A DNA stretch of 64,000 bases from Flavobacteriales bacterium (lineage in GTDB: Bacteria; Bacteroidota; Bacteroidia; Flavobacteriales_F; PHOS-HE28), in the NCBI GenBank assembly GCA_041749915.1, contig JBGTAJ010000110.1:3116-67115 (forward strand), given 5' to 3'. This document shows positions 18,742-28,110 of this stretch, piece after piece. The translations under genes were made by a program, and so were the position numbers. The notes below the pieces were generated by a model. The model saw only the letters and a program-made list of their open reading frames with translations. It was not told the DNA's origin and made no database searches. How positions within the stretch are numbered: the stretch's first letter is position 1; every line of letters starts with the position of its first letter.

Positions 18742-18749
18742 CAAAATTA
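18742..18749 (-). promoter_or_regulatory. candidate -7 box TAATTTTG for tamB
   Basis: The plus strand reads CAAAATTA, which is TAATTTTG on the minus strand. It lies about 55 nt upstream of the tamB GTG. Confidence 0.35.
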
Positions 18750-18761
18750 GCCGGTCGCAGC

Positions 18762-19808
18762 ATGCCAAAGGTCCTTGGCCCCATCATTCTGGGCATTGAG
18801 AGCTCCTGCGACGAGACCGCGGCGGCAGTTCTTGTGAACGGAGCGGTGCGCTCCAATGTGATCGCCGGCCAGCCGGTGCACGAACAGTGGGGAGGCGTGG
18901 TGCCCGAACTGGCCAGCCGTGCCCATCAGGAACACATCGTGCCCGTGGTGCATGAGGCCCTGCGCTTGGCGGGTGTCGATAAACACCAGTTGCACGGAAT
19001 TGCGTTCACTCAAGGTCCGGGGCTCATCGGGGCTTTGCTCGTAGGCACCTGCTTCGCCCGTTCCATGGCCCAGGGACTTGGTATCCCGCTGCTGGCCGTT
19101 GACCACCTGAGGGCCCACATTCTGGCGCACCTGATCAAGGACGCCGATGACCGCCCCATACCACAGTTCCCCTTCCTGAACCTGACCGTGAGCGGTGGCC
19201 ACACGTTGTTGATGCTCGTCCGCAGCCCTTTCGATATGCAGGTGATCGGAGGCACCTTGGATGATGCCGCCGGTGAAGCCTTCGACAAAGGCGCCAAGAT
19301 GCTGGGACTGCCCTACCCGGGCGGTCCATTGATCGACCACTACGCTGCATTGGGCGATGTGGGTCGCTATGACCTTCCGGCTCCCGCGACGCAAGGGCTG
19401 GACATGAGCTTCAGCGGCCTCAAATCGGCGTTCCATCGCGTGGTGAGCGGCATGCGCAAGGTCCATGGCGATCGGTTCAGCGACGAGATCCCCCATCTGT
19501 GCGCCACGTTGCAGCAGGCCATCGTGGACGTCCTGCTCAGGAAACTGCAGAAGGCCGGCCGCCAAAGCGGTGTGCAACGCATCGCCATCTCCGGTGGGGT
19601 CAGTGCCAACCGCGCATTGCGGACACAGGTGAAGGCCTTGGCCGAACGCGAAGGATGGGAGGTGTTCATCCCACCCTTGGCCTATTGCACCGACAATGCC
19701 GCGATGATCGCCATGTCGGGGCATTTCCTCTACCTGGCGGACGAACATGCCGCACTTGATACCGTGCCCATGCCACGTTCACAGGACCACCGGTCCATGA
19801 GGACCTGA
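18762..19808 (+). CDS. tsaD: tRNA N6-adenosine threonylcarbamoyltransferase
   Basis: ILGIESSCDETAAAV, GGVVPELASRAHQEHI, GPGLIGALLVG and ISGGVSAN are Kae1/TsaD motifs. Confidence 0.93.
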   Translation: MPKVLGPIILGIESSCDETAAAVLVNGAVRSNVIAGQPVHEQWGGVVPELASRAHQEHIVPVVHEALRLAGVDKHQLHGIAFTQGPGLIGALLVGTCFARSMAQGLGIPLLAVDHLRAHILAHLIKDADDRPIPQFPFLNLTVSGGHTLLMLVRSPFDMQVIGGTLDDAAGEAFDKGAKMLGLPYPGGPLIDHYAALGDVGRYDLPAPATQGLDMSFSGLKSAFHRVVSGMRKVHGDRFSDEIPHLCATLQQAIVDVLLRKLQKAGRQSGVQRIAISGGVSANRALRTQVKALAEREGWEVFIPPLAYCTDNAAMIAMSGHFLYLADEHAALDTVPMPRSQDHRSMRT

Positions 19809-19854
19809 GCGACCATCGCCAGCGGCGAACAAGCCGCTACCTTTGCCGGGCCTT

Positions 19855-20835
19855 ATGCGTATGCACCCTTCCTTGACCACCACTTCCCGGACCGACCTGA
19901 CGTTGGGTGTGTTGATGTTGCTCCTGTTCAGCACCGCTGTCCAGGGGCAGTCAGTGGAACAACTGATCGCCAACGGGGATTCCTTGCTGAAACTGGAGAA
20001 ACCACAACGTGCTCTGGAGTACTACGAGAAGGCCGTTGCCGCAGGGCCTTCCGCCCCGGCTTTGCTTGGGCGGGCCAAAGCCTTCTATATGACCGACCGG
20101 ATGGACCGGTTCCTCATCGATGTGGAGAACGCCTTGCGCCTGGACAGTACATTGGGCGAGGCCCATTACCAGCGGGGCCTCTATGCCATCCGCGCGAACG
20201 ACCCTTCCAAGGCGGAATTCCATGGTACGATGGCCATCCGTCATGCTGCGGACAGCACATTGAAGGCACGCTCGTTCATCCTTCGGGGGGAGGCCCTGGC
20301 CGAGTTGAAACGATACCCGGCGGCGATCTTGGACATCGACCACGGGATCGCTTCTGGGGCGAACGACACCGAAGCGATGCGCACATTGGCGCGTCTGCTC
20401 GACCAGGCAGGACGTCACCAAGAGGCCCTGGTGATGTTGGAACGCCTATGTGAGCTTGAGCCGAACGATGTTGGCAACTGGAGCAACCGAGGGTTTGAAC
20501 TCATCATGCTTGAGCGGTTCGATGAGGCCATGGTGATGATCGAGAAGGCGTTGGCCATCGACAAGGACGAACCAGTGGCTTTGAGCAACAGAGCCTATGT
20601 CAACCTCAAATTGGGACACGAACAGGAGGCTTGGACGGACGTTGAGCGCAGCCTGCGCTCCTATCCGTCGAATCCGCATGCCCTTCGGACGCGCGCGCTG
20701 CTTCGCCTGCGGAAGGGCGAACGCAGCAAGGCGTGCGAGGACCTGACCCTGGCGAAAGCCTTGGGCGATGTGGTCGAGGTTGATGCCCTGATCAAGGAGC
20801 ATTGCGCCACCACACCAGCGAACAAACGTCGTTGA
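19855..20835 (+). CDS. tetratricopeptide repeat protein with signal peptide
   Basis: The signal peptide LGVLMLLLFSTAVQGQ is followed by repeated TPR-like A..YY.KA/ A...L..AL..P.N units. The ATG at 19855 is preferred over the TTG at 19843. Confidence 0.75.
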   Translation: MRMHPSLTTTSRTDLTLGVLMLLLFSTAVQGQSVEQLIANGDSLLKLEKPQRALEYYEKAVAAGPSAPALLGRAKAFYMTDRMDRFLIDVENALRLDSTLGEAHYQRGLYAIRANDPSKAEFHGTMAIRHAADSTLKARSFILRGEALAELKRYPAAILDIDHGIASGANDTEAMRTLARLLDQAGRHQEALVMLERLCELEPNDVGNWSNRGFELIMLERFDEAMVMIEKALAIDKDEPVALSNRAYVNLKLGHEQEAWTDVERSLRSYPSNPHALRTRALLRLRKGERSKACEDLTLAKALGDVVEVDALIKEHCATTPANKRR

Positions 20836-21083
20836 TCTGGCAAGGGCACGGTGTCCGGGAAGCGGTCGCTCCCGGAGTGATGTGATCGATGGTTCAGCGT
20901 TCAACACGTCCCGCTCGGCACGGGGATGGTGACCGTGTCGCGATGGAAAAGGTATCTCGCCGTTGAAGGCATGCCACGGACCCGCCAGCGGCCCTGGATC
21001 ACCGATCCGCACCCGGCATATTCGACCACTGGGACATCATGCTACCCCTCCTGCAACATCGCCCCTAACGCCGGGCGCTATGG

Positions 21084-23447
21084 TCAGTTGATCACCATGA
21101 CCGGCTGCGAAAGGACCACGCCGTCGCTATCGCGCAAACGGATGACGTAGGAACCAGCCGGTAGTTGAAGATCGTGCACTGAGTTGCCACTCACTGATAC
21201 TTGCGAGCTGCTTACCAAAGCCCCCAGGGCATTGAGCACTTCGATATCCACAGGGCCATCGGCATCCAATTGAACATGGATGGTTCCCGTTGAGGGATTG
21301 GGCCATACCCGGAACATCCGAGAAGCATCTGGAGCTGTCACACCCAAGGTGCCGTTGTCCACTACCTCGAAGCGGTCCAGTGCAGCTTCCACCAAGTGAC
21401 CGGGCAGGTCATCCGTCACCCAGGCAATGAACCGCATCTGGTCGGTCGGGGTCAGGTGATCGGTGATGCGGATCGAGGACGAGCGCCATGTTCCCATACC
21501 TGGCGTAGAGGGCAGCACGGTCTCCACCACCGCGGTCGTCACCCCATTGCTCAAGGAGATCAGCATTCGGTCATTGGCCGCACTGTTACCGCCGGCATTG
21601 AAGAACCACCGCTCGTAGTTCACATAGGGATCGACCATCATGCTCACGTCGAACACCGGACTGCTCAGCTCCGAGGATCCGCCATCCACATCATCGTCCC
21701 CGGCACCGCCGCCACCGTTCCCGGTCACGTAGGCCTGATCACCACAATCGCCGGTGACGTCCGCACCAGGGTTCGAGGATTGACCATTGAAGGTGGTCCC
21801 CACGGGTGCCCCGCGCTCCCAGGCACCGTTGGTGGCATTACCGCTAACGGTCCAACCCAGGTCCAAGGCGAAGCCATCCGCGTAGCCCGGTTCCAATTCG
21901 ACCGTGAACGGAGAGAGGTCCGAGGTTATGCTGATCGCACCGGGACAGGTGGTGCGCCAGCCCCATTGACCTGCGGTAAGCTCGTATTCACCACTGAAGA
22001 TGGCCGGTATGGTGTAATCGCCCTGTGAATTGGCGGCGGTCGAGAAGGATAGGTCCTCCCCCACGAACTGGACCTGACCACCGGGTACTCCGTCTGCGGT
22101 CCCTGCTTCGACCACCTGGCCAAGAAGGGCAAAGGTCTCCAGCGGTTCAAGATCGACATCAAGCAAGGTCACCTCGCCATTGACGAGCACCACCCCGTCG
22201 ATGGTAACGCTGACATAACCCGGTGCGCTCACGGACACCTGGTAAGTCCCGGCTTGCACCGTTCCCGAGGCATGCACTCCATCAAAGGTGGTGACATCCT
22301 GCACTTGTGCACCTATGATCGTTACCGTAGCCGAGGCGACCGGCGAAGATGTCTGGGCATTCCGAACCACACCCTCCAACCAACAGGCACGCACGTATAC
22401 GGGATCCAGGACGATGAGACCTTCCTCGATATCCGTGCTGATGATCCGTCCGCTTGGCAGCCAGGGATAGGTGCCCCAGCAGCCATTGAAACCGTCTCCA
22501 GCGAAGTCGCTGTGGTCATAGTTCGCCACCTCCACCACGTTCCAAGGTCGGGAGACATCGTGGATCACGGTCCCCAAACGGTAGTAGCTGGTCACCACGA
22601 ACTCGTTGATGAAGTGTGTGTTGTGCGGTATGGTGTTCGAGCCCGGTTCGGAACGGAAGATCTGCAGTTCCTGGATGTCCGAAGGGTCCGAGATATCGTA
22701 ACTCCCCATCCACCCTCCGGAAACCTCATCCGTGGTGTACAAGTAGTTGCCATCATCGGACACCCAGCAATTGTGGGTGAAATTGTTGCCCGTGTTGCGC
22801 GTACCCAACAGGACCGGTGCCTGCTTGTCCGATACATCAACGATGGAGAAAAAACCATCACTTACATGCGCGGCATACATCGTGTCACCGCGCGTCATAC
22901 AATCATGGGAGTACCAGTTGTCGAACTCTCCCACCTCCACCGGAACGAAAGGATCCACGGTCAGGTCCAGGAAGATCACCCCTCCATTCCCCCGATCGGC
23001 ACCGGAGATATAGGCGATCCCGTTCTCATCGATATAGATGTTGTGTGCGCTGCTCCAGCCCCCACCGGTCCAATTCACGGCATTCAGGTCCGTGCTCTGC
23101 GGCAATGGGCTCAGGTCCACGATGGCGAGACCACCTCCTCCCTCGGTAGTGATGTAGGCATGGTCGTTCCACACCTTCAGGTCACGCCAGATGCTCCCCG
23201 GTCCCGGAAAGTAAAAGATCTCCGTGGGTGCGGTGGGATCGGCAAGGCTGACGACCGACACACCACCGCCATTGACCCCTACCAAGGCATACTCGTTGCC
23301 CAGTTCGTCCACATAGCCCCAGACATCGCTCACATCACTGTCGCGTAGGTCCTGGTAGTTCAACTGACCGACGAGGCTCATGTTGAGCTGTGCGAACAGC
23401 GATGTAGTACAAACGAACAGACAGACAGAGAGGAACTTCCGGATCAT
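21084..23447 (-). CDS. T9SS-secreted LVIVD-repeat / choice-of-anchor-B-like beta-propeller protein
   Basis: The signal peptide is MIRKFLSVCLFVCTTSLFAQ. The N-terminus has SDVWGYVDELGNEYALVG...DLKVWNDHAYITTEGGGGLAIVDL. A CarboxypepD_reg-like segment follows. The C-terminal sorting domain is FRVWPNPSTGTIHVQL...GSYVIRLRDSDGVV. Confidence 0.8.
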   Translation of the reverse strand: MIRKFLSVCLFVCTTSLFAQLNMSLVGQLNYQDLRDSDVSDVWGYVDELGNEYALVGVNGGGVSVVSLADPTAPTEIFYFPGPGSIWRDLKVWNDHAYITTEGGGGLAIVDLSPLPQSTDLNAVNWTGGGWSSAHNIYIDENGIAYISGADRGNGGVIFLDLTVDPFVPVEVGEFDNWYSHDCMTRGDTMYAAHVSDGFFSIVDVSDKQAPVLLGTRNTGNNFTHNCWVSDDGNYLYTTDEVSGGWMGSYDISDPSDIQELQIFRSEPGSNTIPHNTHFINEFVVTSYYRLGTVIHDVSRPWNVVEVANYDHSDFAGDGFNGCWGTYPWLPSGRIISTDIEEGLIVLDPVYVRACWLEGVVRNAQTSSPVASATVTIIGAQVQDVTTFDGVHASGTVQAGTYQVSVSAPGYVSVTIDGVVLVNGEVTLLDVDLEPLETFALLGQVVEAGTADGVPGGQVQFVGEDLSFSTAANSQGDYTIPAIFSGEYELTAGQWGWRTTCPGAISITSDLSPFTVELEPGYADGFALDLGWTVSGNATNGAWERGAPVGTTFNGQSSNPGADVTGDCGDQAYVTGNGGGGAGDDDVDGGSSELSSPVFDVSMMVDPYVNYERWFFNAGGNSAANDRMLISLSNGVTTAVVETVLPSTPGMGTWRSSSIRITDHLTPTDQMRFIAWVTDDLPGHLVEAALDRFEVVDNGTLGVTAPDASRMFRVWPNPSTGTIHVQLDADGPVDIEVLNALGALVSSSQVSVSGNSVHDLQLPAGSYVIRLRDSDGVVLSQPVMVIN

Positions 23448-23609
23448 GTGGATGGCTAAGGACCGGCAAAGTAGGCAGCCGGAGCGGTACGGAACGGTGA
23501 CCGAGGGCACGTAGGTCGGTCAAGGTTGGAAAGCTTGCTCCCCGAGTGTCCGGTCCTGGCGCCCGGATGACACACATGCCTCGTTATCTTTCGTGCCGAT
23601 CATCGCCCC

Positions 23610-24401
23610 ATGAAAGACATCCTTTGCGCCTCGGACCTGACCCCTGCTTCTGACATTGCGCTCCACTATTCACTGCATATCGCGGACCGGGCCACGTCCC
23701 AGGTCACCCTGCTGCATGTGGTGGATAATGGGGCCTCCCAAGGAGAGGAGGGACTGTTGAAGATGTCCAAATTAGCTGATCAGGTAGAGCGTGAGAACGG
23801 CACCGAACGGGTGCGCAAACTACTGCTGGAAGGGAACTTCATGGAGCGTATCGCCGAGGAGAGCGGACGCGACCATGCCTTGGTCGTTCTCGGGACGCAT
23901 GGTCCACGCGGGATCCGACAGACCCTCTTTGGTGCCGATATCCTGAAGTTGGTGCGCAAGTTGCACACTCCGGCCCTTGTGGTGCAGGAGAACACCAGCC
24001 CAGAGAACGCTTTCGACCGCATCATTCTGCCCGTTGCGGCCCATGATGAGATCGAGCTGCTGATGGATGCTGTCTGTGCCTTGGCCCGGCTCCATGCTTC
24101 AGAGGTGCATGTCTATCAGCTAGTGCGCCCCAACGAGCAACCTTCCGACCACCTGCTGAAGAACAAGGTGCGCATGCTGGAACGGCTGGAGAAGGAGCAG
24201 GTGCGCTTCCTGGAGGTGAACGAGCCCTCGACCGTTTTCAGCGTCAGTTTCGCCGAACCCACCATCCGCTACGCCGAGCGGGTCAAGGCGGGTTGTATCG
24301 CGATCATGTCACATGCCTCCGACGATCATCGATACATCGCGGACGCGGAAAAGGAGCGGATGTTGACGAATTCACCGGGTATCCCGATCCTCTGTGCCTG
24401 A
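23610..24401 (+). CDS. universal stress protein (tandem UspA domains)
   Basis: There are two Usp-like halves, VTLLHVVD...LVVLGTHGPRGI and ILPVAAHDE...IAIMSHAS. Confidence 0.85.
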   Translation: MKDILCASDLTPASDIALHYSLHIADRATSQVTLLHVVDNGASQGEEGLLKMSKLADQVERENGTERVRKLLLEGNFMERIAEESGRDHALVVLGTHGPRGIRQTLFGADILKLVRKLHTPALVVQENTSPENAFDRIILPVAAHDEIELLMDAVCALARLHASEVHVYQLVRPNEQPSDHLLKNKVRMLERLEKEQVRFLEVNEPSTVFSVSFAEPTIRYAERVKAGCIAIMSHASDDHRYIADAEKERMLTNSPGIPILCA

Positions 24402-24465
24402 ACCGGGCTGAACCGTCTGTAGGCCACGTCAGCAGGGGTTCATCGGCAGTCGGGTGCCGATCACC

Positions 24466-24473
24466 TATTTTTG
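24466..24473 (+). promoter_or_regulatory. candidate -7 box TATTTTTG for the FG-GAP protein gene
   Basis: Exact TAnnTTTG lies 42 nt upstream of the ATG at 24515. Confidence 0.4.
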
Positions 24474-24514
24474 TCTGATGGCCCTTCAGTTCCAATACCT
24501 TAGGGTCATGAAAC

Positions 24515-27265
24515 ATGGCTTCTAATTGCTCCCTGTACCTGTTGGCGGCGGCATCCCTCGGATCGCTGAACGCCGTGGCCCAATTCGGTGCTGCACAGTT
24601 GGTACATGACCTGCCTTTCGCAGGACAGTTGAAGGCCATGGACCTCGATGGCGATGGAGACCAGGATCTTGTGGGGCTCTTCAACGGGAACCACGTGAAG
24701 TGGATGGAGAACACGGACGGACAGGGTGCGTTCGCTGAGGAAGTGGAGTTTGCCAACACCGGTCTCGATTACCAACGGTTCCTTGGCGAGGACCTCGACA
24801 ATGACGGCCTCACGGACATCCTGTTGGTTCGCGATGATGTCTTGGCTTGGGTCCGGAACCTTGGCGGTGGTGTCGGTGACGATGTGGAAGGTATCGCCCA
24901 ACTGGATGAATTCACCGGTGCCGTGGCCTGCTCGGATGTGAGCGGTGACGGACTGGTCGACATCTTGTACCTCGCTCCCACGGAGTTGGGGGCAGGGCTC
25001 GGCGTGCTGGTCAACAATGGCAACGGTTTTAGTGCACCGACCTTTCTGCCCGACCCGGTGGATGGTCTCGCCACCACCATGCTGTTGGTTGCGGACATGG
25101 ACCTCGTCGGAGGCTTGGACGTGGTGGTGTCCACCACGTTCGGCGATCTCATGATCCTGCGTAACACCAGCGGCGACGGCTCGCTCTGGTCGCCCACCGT
25201 GTTGCTAGCCGGGTCGCCCTATGCCTATTTCGCACCAGAGGCCCTGGATGTGGACGGTGATGGTGACCTGGACCTTGTGGAGGCCGGTGGTGGCGCGGTC
25301 CATTGGGCGGAGAACAATGTGGGCGAAGGCGGGGCATGGGATGTCTTCACCGAGCATGTGCTGGAAGCAGTCTGGACGGCGGGTCAAGGTCGCTTCGGGA
25401 ACATGGGATGCGATGGTGTATCACTTGTGTACGTACCCTCCAACCCTTCCCTGCCAGTGCGCTGGTCATCCTGGTTGTCGAATTTGCAGGACTTCGGTTA
25501 TCGCCAAGACAGGCCTGACATTGCACGGGGAATGAACCCATTGCTTGCGGACCTGAACGGGGACGGGAAGGATGACCTGGTGATCGTTCGGCCCGAAGGG
25601 ACCTTCTGGCAGCCTTCGGAAGCTGTTCCCGCCACCACGGTGCTCGTCCTGCCCACCTTCGAACCGCTCTGCCTCTTCGGTCCTCCCGTGGATCTCCCAC
25701 CAGCGGAACCGACCGGTGGACGCTGGAGCGGCACATGGGTGGATGCTGACATCTATTATCGGTCGAACATCGGCGTCTCCGGTGAGCAGACCCTGGCCCA
25801 CACCTACTACGAGCCGACCAGTTGCCCAGTGGCGGAGATCGCCGCCGTCGACCTGCTCCAGGGCCCTGTTCCCAGCCCTGCCGTCCCGAACATCCTCTGT
25901 ACCGCCCAGCCCCCCGTCGTGATGACCTCCTACCCGGCCTCCTCCACTTGGTTCGGCCTCGCAGAAGGGAACATCCTTGATCCCGCCCAGTTCACCGGCG
26001 GGATGATCGCCTGCGAAATGACCGATGCGACGAACATCACCTGCGCCACATTGATCGGCCCCATCGAAGTGTGGAACTCGCTTCCCGCAGAGATCACGGC
26101 AGCGGGCCCCTTCTGTGTGGATGCCGGCCCCCAAAGCATCACAGCACTTGCAGCGCCCCCTCAGGGTGCGATGTGGAGCGGGGCCATCGTTGATCAATCG
26201 CCCTTCCAAGCCCTCTTCGACCCCGCAGTTGGGCCGGGTACCTATGAAGTGATCATGACAGTGACACCGGTGGGCCCCAACCAGTGTGCGAACAGCGATA
26301 CACTGGTGATCGAGGTGACGAACGACCACCCGGAGGTGATCCTACCTGAAGTGACCGCTTTCTGCCAAAGCGGTGACCCTTATCCTGTGGTCGTTACACC
26401 TGCGGATGGCGTGTGGTCCGGTACCGGCATCGTGAACGGTGAACTGGTCCCTGCCCTGCTGTCTCCGGGGTCGAACAGTCTGACTTACACGGCCATCAGT
26501 GCCTCCGGTTGCGCGACCATCGCCACCTACAGCGTGGAGATCTATGATGCGATCGCGGTGGATTGGGAGATGGAGGACCTGGTCTTCTGCAAGACCGATC
26601 CCTCGGCATTCCTCAACGCCTCACCAACGGGTGGTTTGTGGAGCGCACCAGTTTGGACAGACGGTGAATTCGTTCCCGGGACCGTTCCACCTGGCACTTA
26701 TCCGGTCACCTACACGTGGCAGGGTCCGAACAATTGCGAGATCGTGTCGGAGGTGATCGAACTGAACGTGCTCGATGATACGCCTGTGGAGCTCGACCCC
26801 ATCTGGAGCGCCTGCGTGGAAGCCACGGAAGCACAGATCACCGGGTCGCACTACGGGATCTGGTCGGTGAGCATCGTCGGGGAGGGATCCACAGTGGTGT
26901 ATTCCCCCAACGCACTGGGTGTCGGCAGCTGGCCCGTGACACTCACGGCGACCGAGGAAGGCTTCTGCCCGGGAACGGCGAATGCCCTGATCCTGGTGGA
27001 GATCTGCTCCGAGGTGTCTGAACTGGCGAACTCGGCCACAACCTTGGCCCCGAACCCCTTCCAAGATCGCCTCACGCTCCAGTTCGGAAGTGTGACCGCA
27101 CTACGTATCGAGGTGCTCGACGCCACGGGCCGCTCGGTGCGTCAACTGCAGCCCACGTCGGACCATGCGATCCTGGACCTGAGCGGTGAAGCGAACGGCA
27201 CCTACGTGATCCGGGTGTTCCACGCCAACAGCATGGAAACGTTCCGTGCTGTCAAGGCCGACTAA
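24515..27265 (+). CDS. T9SS-secreted FG-GAP/VCBS repeat protein
   Basis: The signal peptide is LLAAASLGSLNAVAQ. FG-GAP-like Ca-binding loops recur (DLDGDGDQDLV, DLDNDGLTDIL, DVSGDGLVDIL, DVDGDGDLDLV, DLNGDGKDDLV). The C-terminal sorting domain is LAPNPFQDRLTLQF...GTYVIRVF. Confidence 0.8.
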   Translation: MASNCSLYLLAAASLGSLNAVAQFGAAQLVHDLPFAGQLKAMDLDGDGDQDLVGLFNGNHVKWMENTDGQGAFAEEVEFANTGLDYQRFLGEDLDNDGLTDILLVRDDVLAWVRNLGGGVGDDVEGIAQLDEFTGAVACSDVSGDGLVDILYLAPTELGAGLGVLVNNGNGFSAPTFLPDPVDGLATTMLLVADMDLVGGLDVVVSTTFGDLMILRNTSGDGSLWSPTVLLAGSPYAYFAPEALDVDGDGDLDLVEAGGGAVHWAENNVGEGGAWDVFTEHVLEAVWTAGQGRFGNMGCDGVSLVYVPSNPSLPVRWSSWLSNLQDFGYRQDRPDIARGMNPLLADLNGDGKDDLVIVRPEGTFWQPSEAVPATTVLVLPTFEPLCLFGPPVDLPPAEPTGGRWSGTWVDADIYYRSNIGVSGEQTLAHTYYEPTSCPVAEIAAVDLLQGPVPSPAVPNILCTAQPPVVMTSYPASSTWFGLAEGNILDPAQFTGGMIACEMTDATNITCATLIGPIEVWNSLPAEITAAGPFCVDAGPQSITALAAPPQGAMWSGAIVDQSPFQALFDPAVGPGTYEVIMTVTPVGPNQCANSDTLVIEVTNDHPEVILPEVTAFCQSGDPYPVVVTPADGVWSGTGIVNGELVPALLSPGSNSLTYTAISASGCATIATYSVEIYDAIAVDWEMEDLVFCKTDPSAFLNASPTGGLWSAPVWTDGEFVPGTVPPGTYPVTYTWQGPNNCEIVSEVIELNVLDDTPVELDPIWSACVEATEAQITGSHYGIWSVSIVGEGSTVVYSPNALGVGSWPVTLTATEEGFCPGTANALILVEICSEVSELANSATTLAPNPFQDRLTLQFGSVTALRIEVLDATGRSVRQLQPTSDHAILDLSGEANGTYVIRVFHANSMETFRAVKAD

Positions 27266-27333
27266 GGGTTGCTGCGCAAGCGCATCCTAGCGTCCTTCCA
27301 AGGATGAGCGATCAGCTGGTCCACTTGACGGAA

Positions 27334-28110
27334 CTACCAGCCGAGCACATTTCGAATTTCCGGCCGAAGCCAGTGGTCCAGCTCCGACCTCGGTAATTCG
27401 ATCGCCACGGCATACAGTTCATCCATCCCCAATTCGGCATGGCTGCTGCAACGGGCAATGGTGAAACGCATCGCGTTGGAAAGGATCTCCATATCCTCCA
27501 CGTACGGTGAGTTGATCGTCCGTTCTTCCAAACAGGAACGATAAAGCTGGACGCGATCTTCCCCGTCGTCCCGGTCACCGGCCGTGTCTGCTTCCAATGT
27601 CCTGATGTGTTCTGTCACGATCTCGCGCCAACGATGGTCGAGGACCTCTGCGATATGCGTGGCGCCACTGTCCATGAACAGCTCCTCATAGCGGATCCGG
27701 CGGCCGAGCTTCACGTCATAGGCATAGTGGTTCGCGAACCCTTCGCAATATGCCGCACAGAATTCGGCGGAGAACTCCACCATGATCACGCCGTCCATCG
27801 GCCTTGACCATGACCACGAAATGGAGGACAGCGGCGGGTACACCTGGCCAGAGGAGTCTCCCCAAACAAGGTCGAACCATCGCCCCTCTGCGGTATCGGG
27901 ATCGACCGAGAGCAGCTCGAGTTGAAGGTCCCTGTTGATCCGCAGGGCCGTGGCAGCATCATGGGGTATCCTGACCAAGGGAAAGGTGTAGAGCTCACGC
28001 TCTCCCCAAGGCCTGTTCATCCGGATGGTGTCCACGAGGAGGTCCTGTGCGCCAAGCCCGCCCGTGAAGGCGATGAGCAGGGTCGTGACCAGGAAAGGGA
28101 CACCGCGCAT
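27334..28110 (-). CDS. hypothetical secreted protein (weak DUF3298-like resemblance)
   Basis: The signal peptide is MRGVPFLVTTLLIAFTGGLGAQ. The ATG overlaps the parC stop (TGATG). No catalytic motif was recognised. Confidence 0.55.
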   Translation of the reverse strand: MRGVPFLVTTLLIAFTGGLGAQDLLVDTIRMNRPWGERELYTFPLVRIPHDAATALRINRDLQLELLSVDPDTAEGRWFDLVWGDSSGQVYPPLSSISWSWSRPMDGVIMVEFSAEFCAAYCEGFANHYAYDVKLGRRIRYEELFMDSGATHIAEVLDHRWREIVTEHIRTLEADTAGDRDDGEDRVQLYRSCLEERTINSPYVEDMEILSNAMRFTIARCSSHAELGMDELYAVAIELPRSELDHWLRPEIRNVLGW

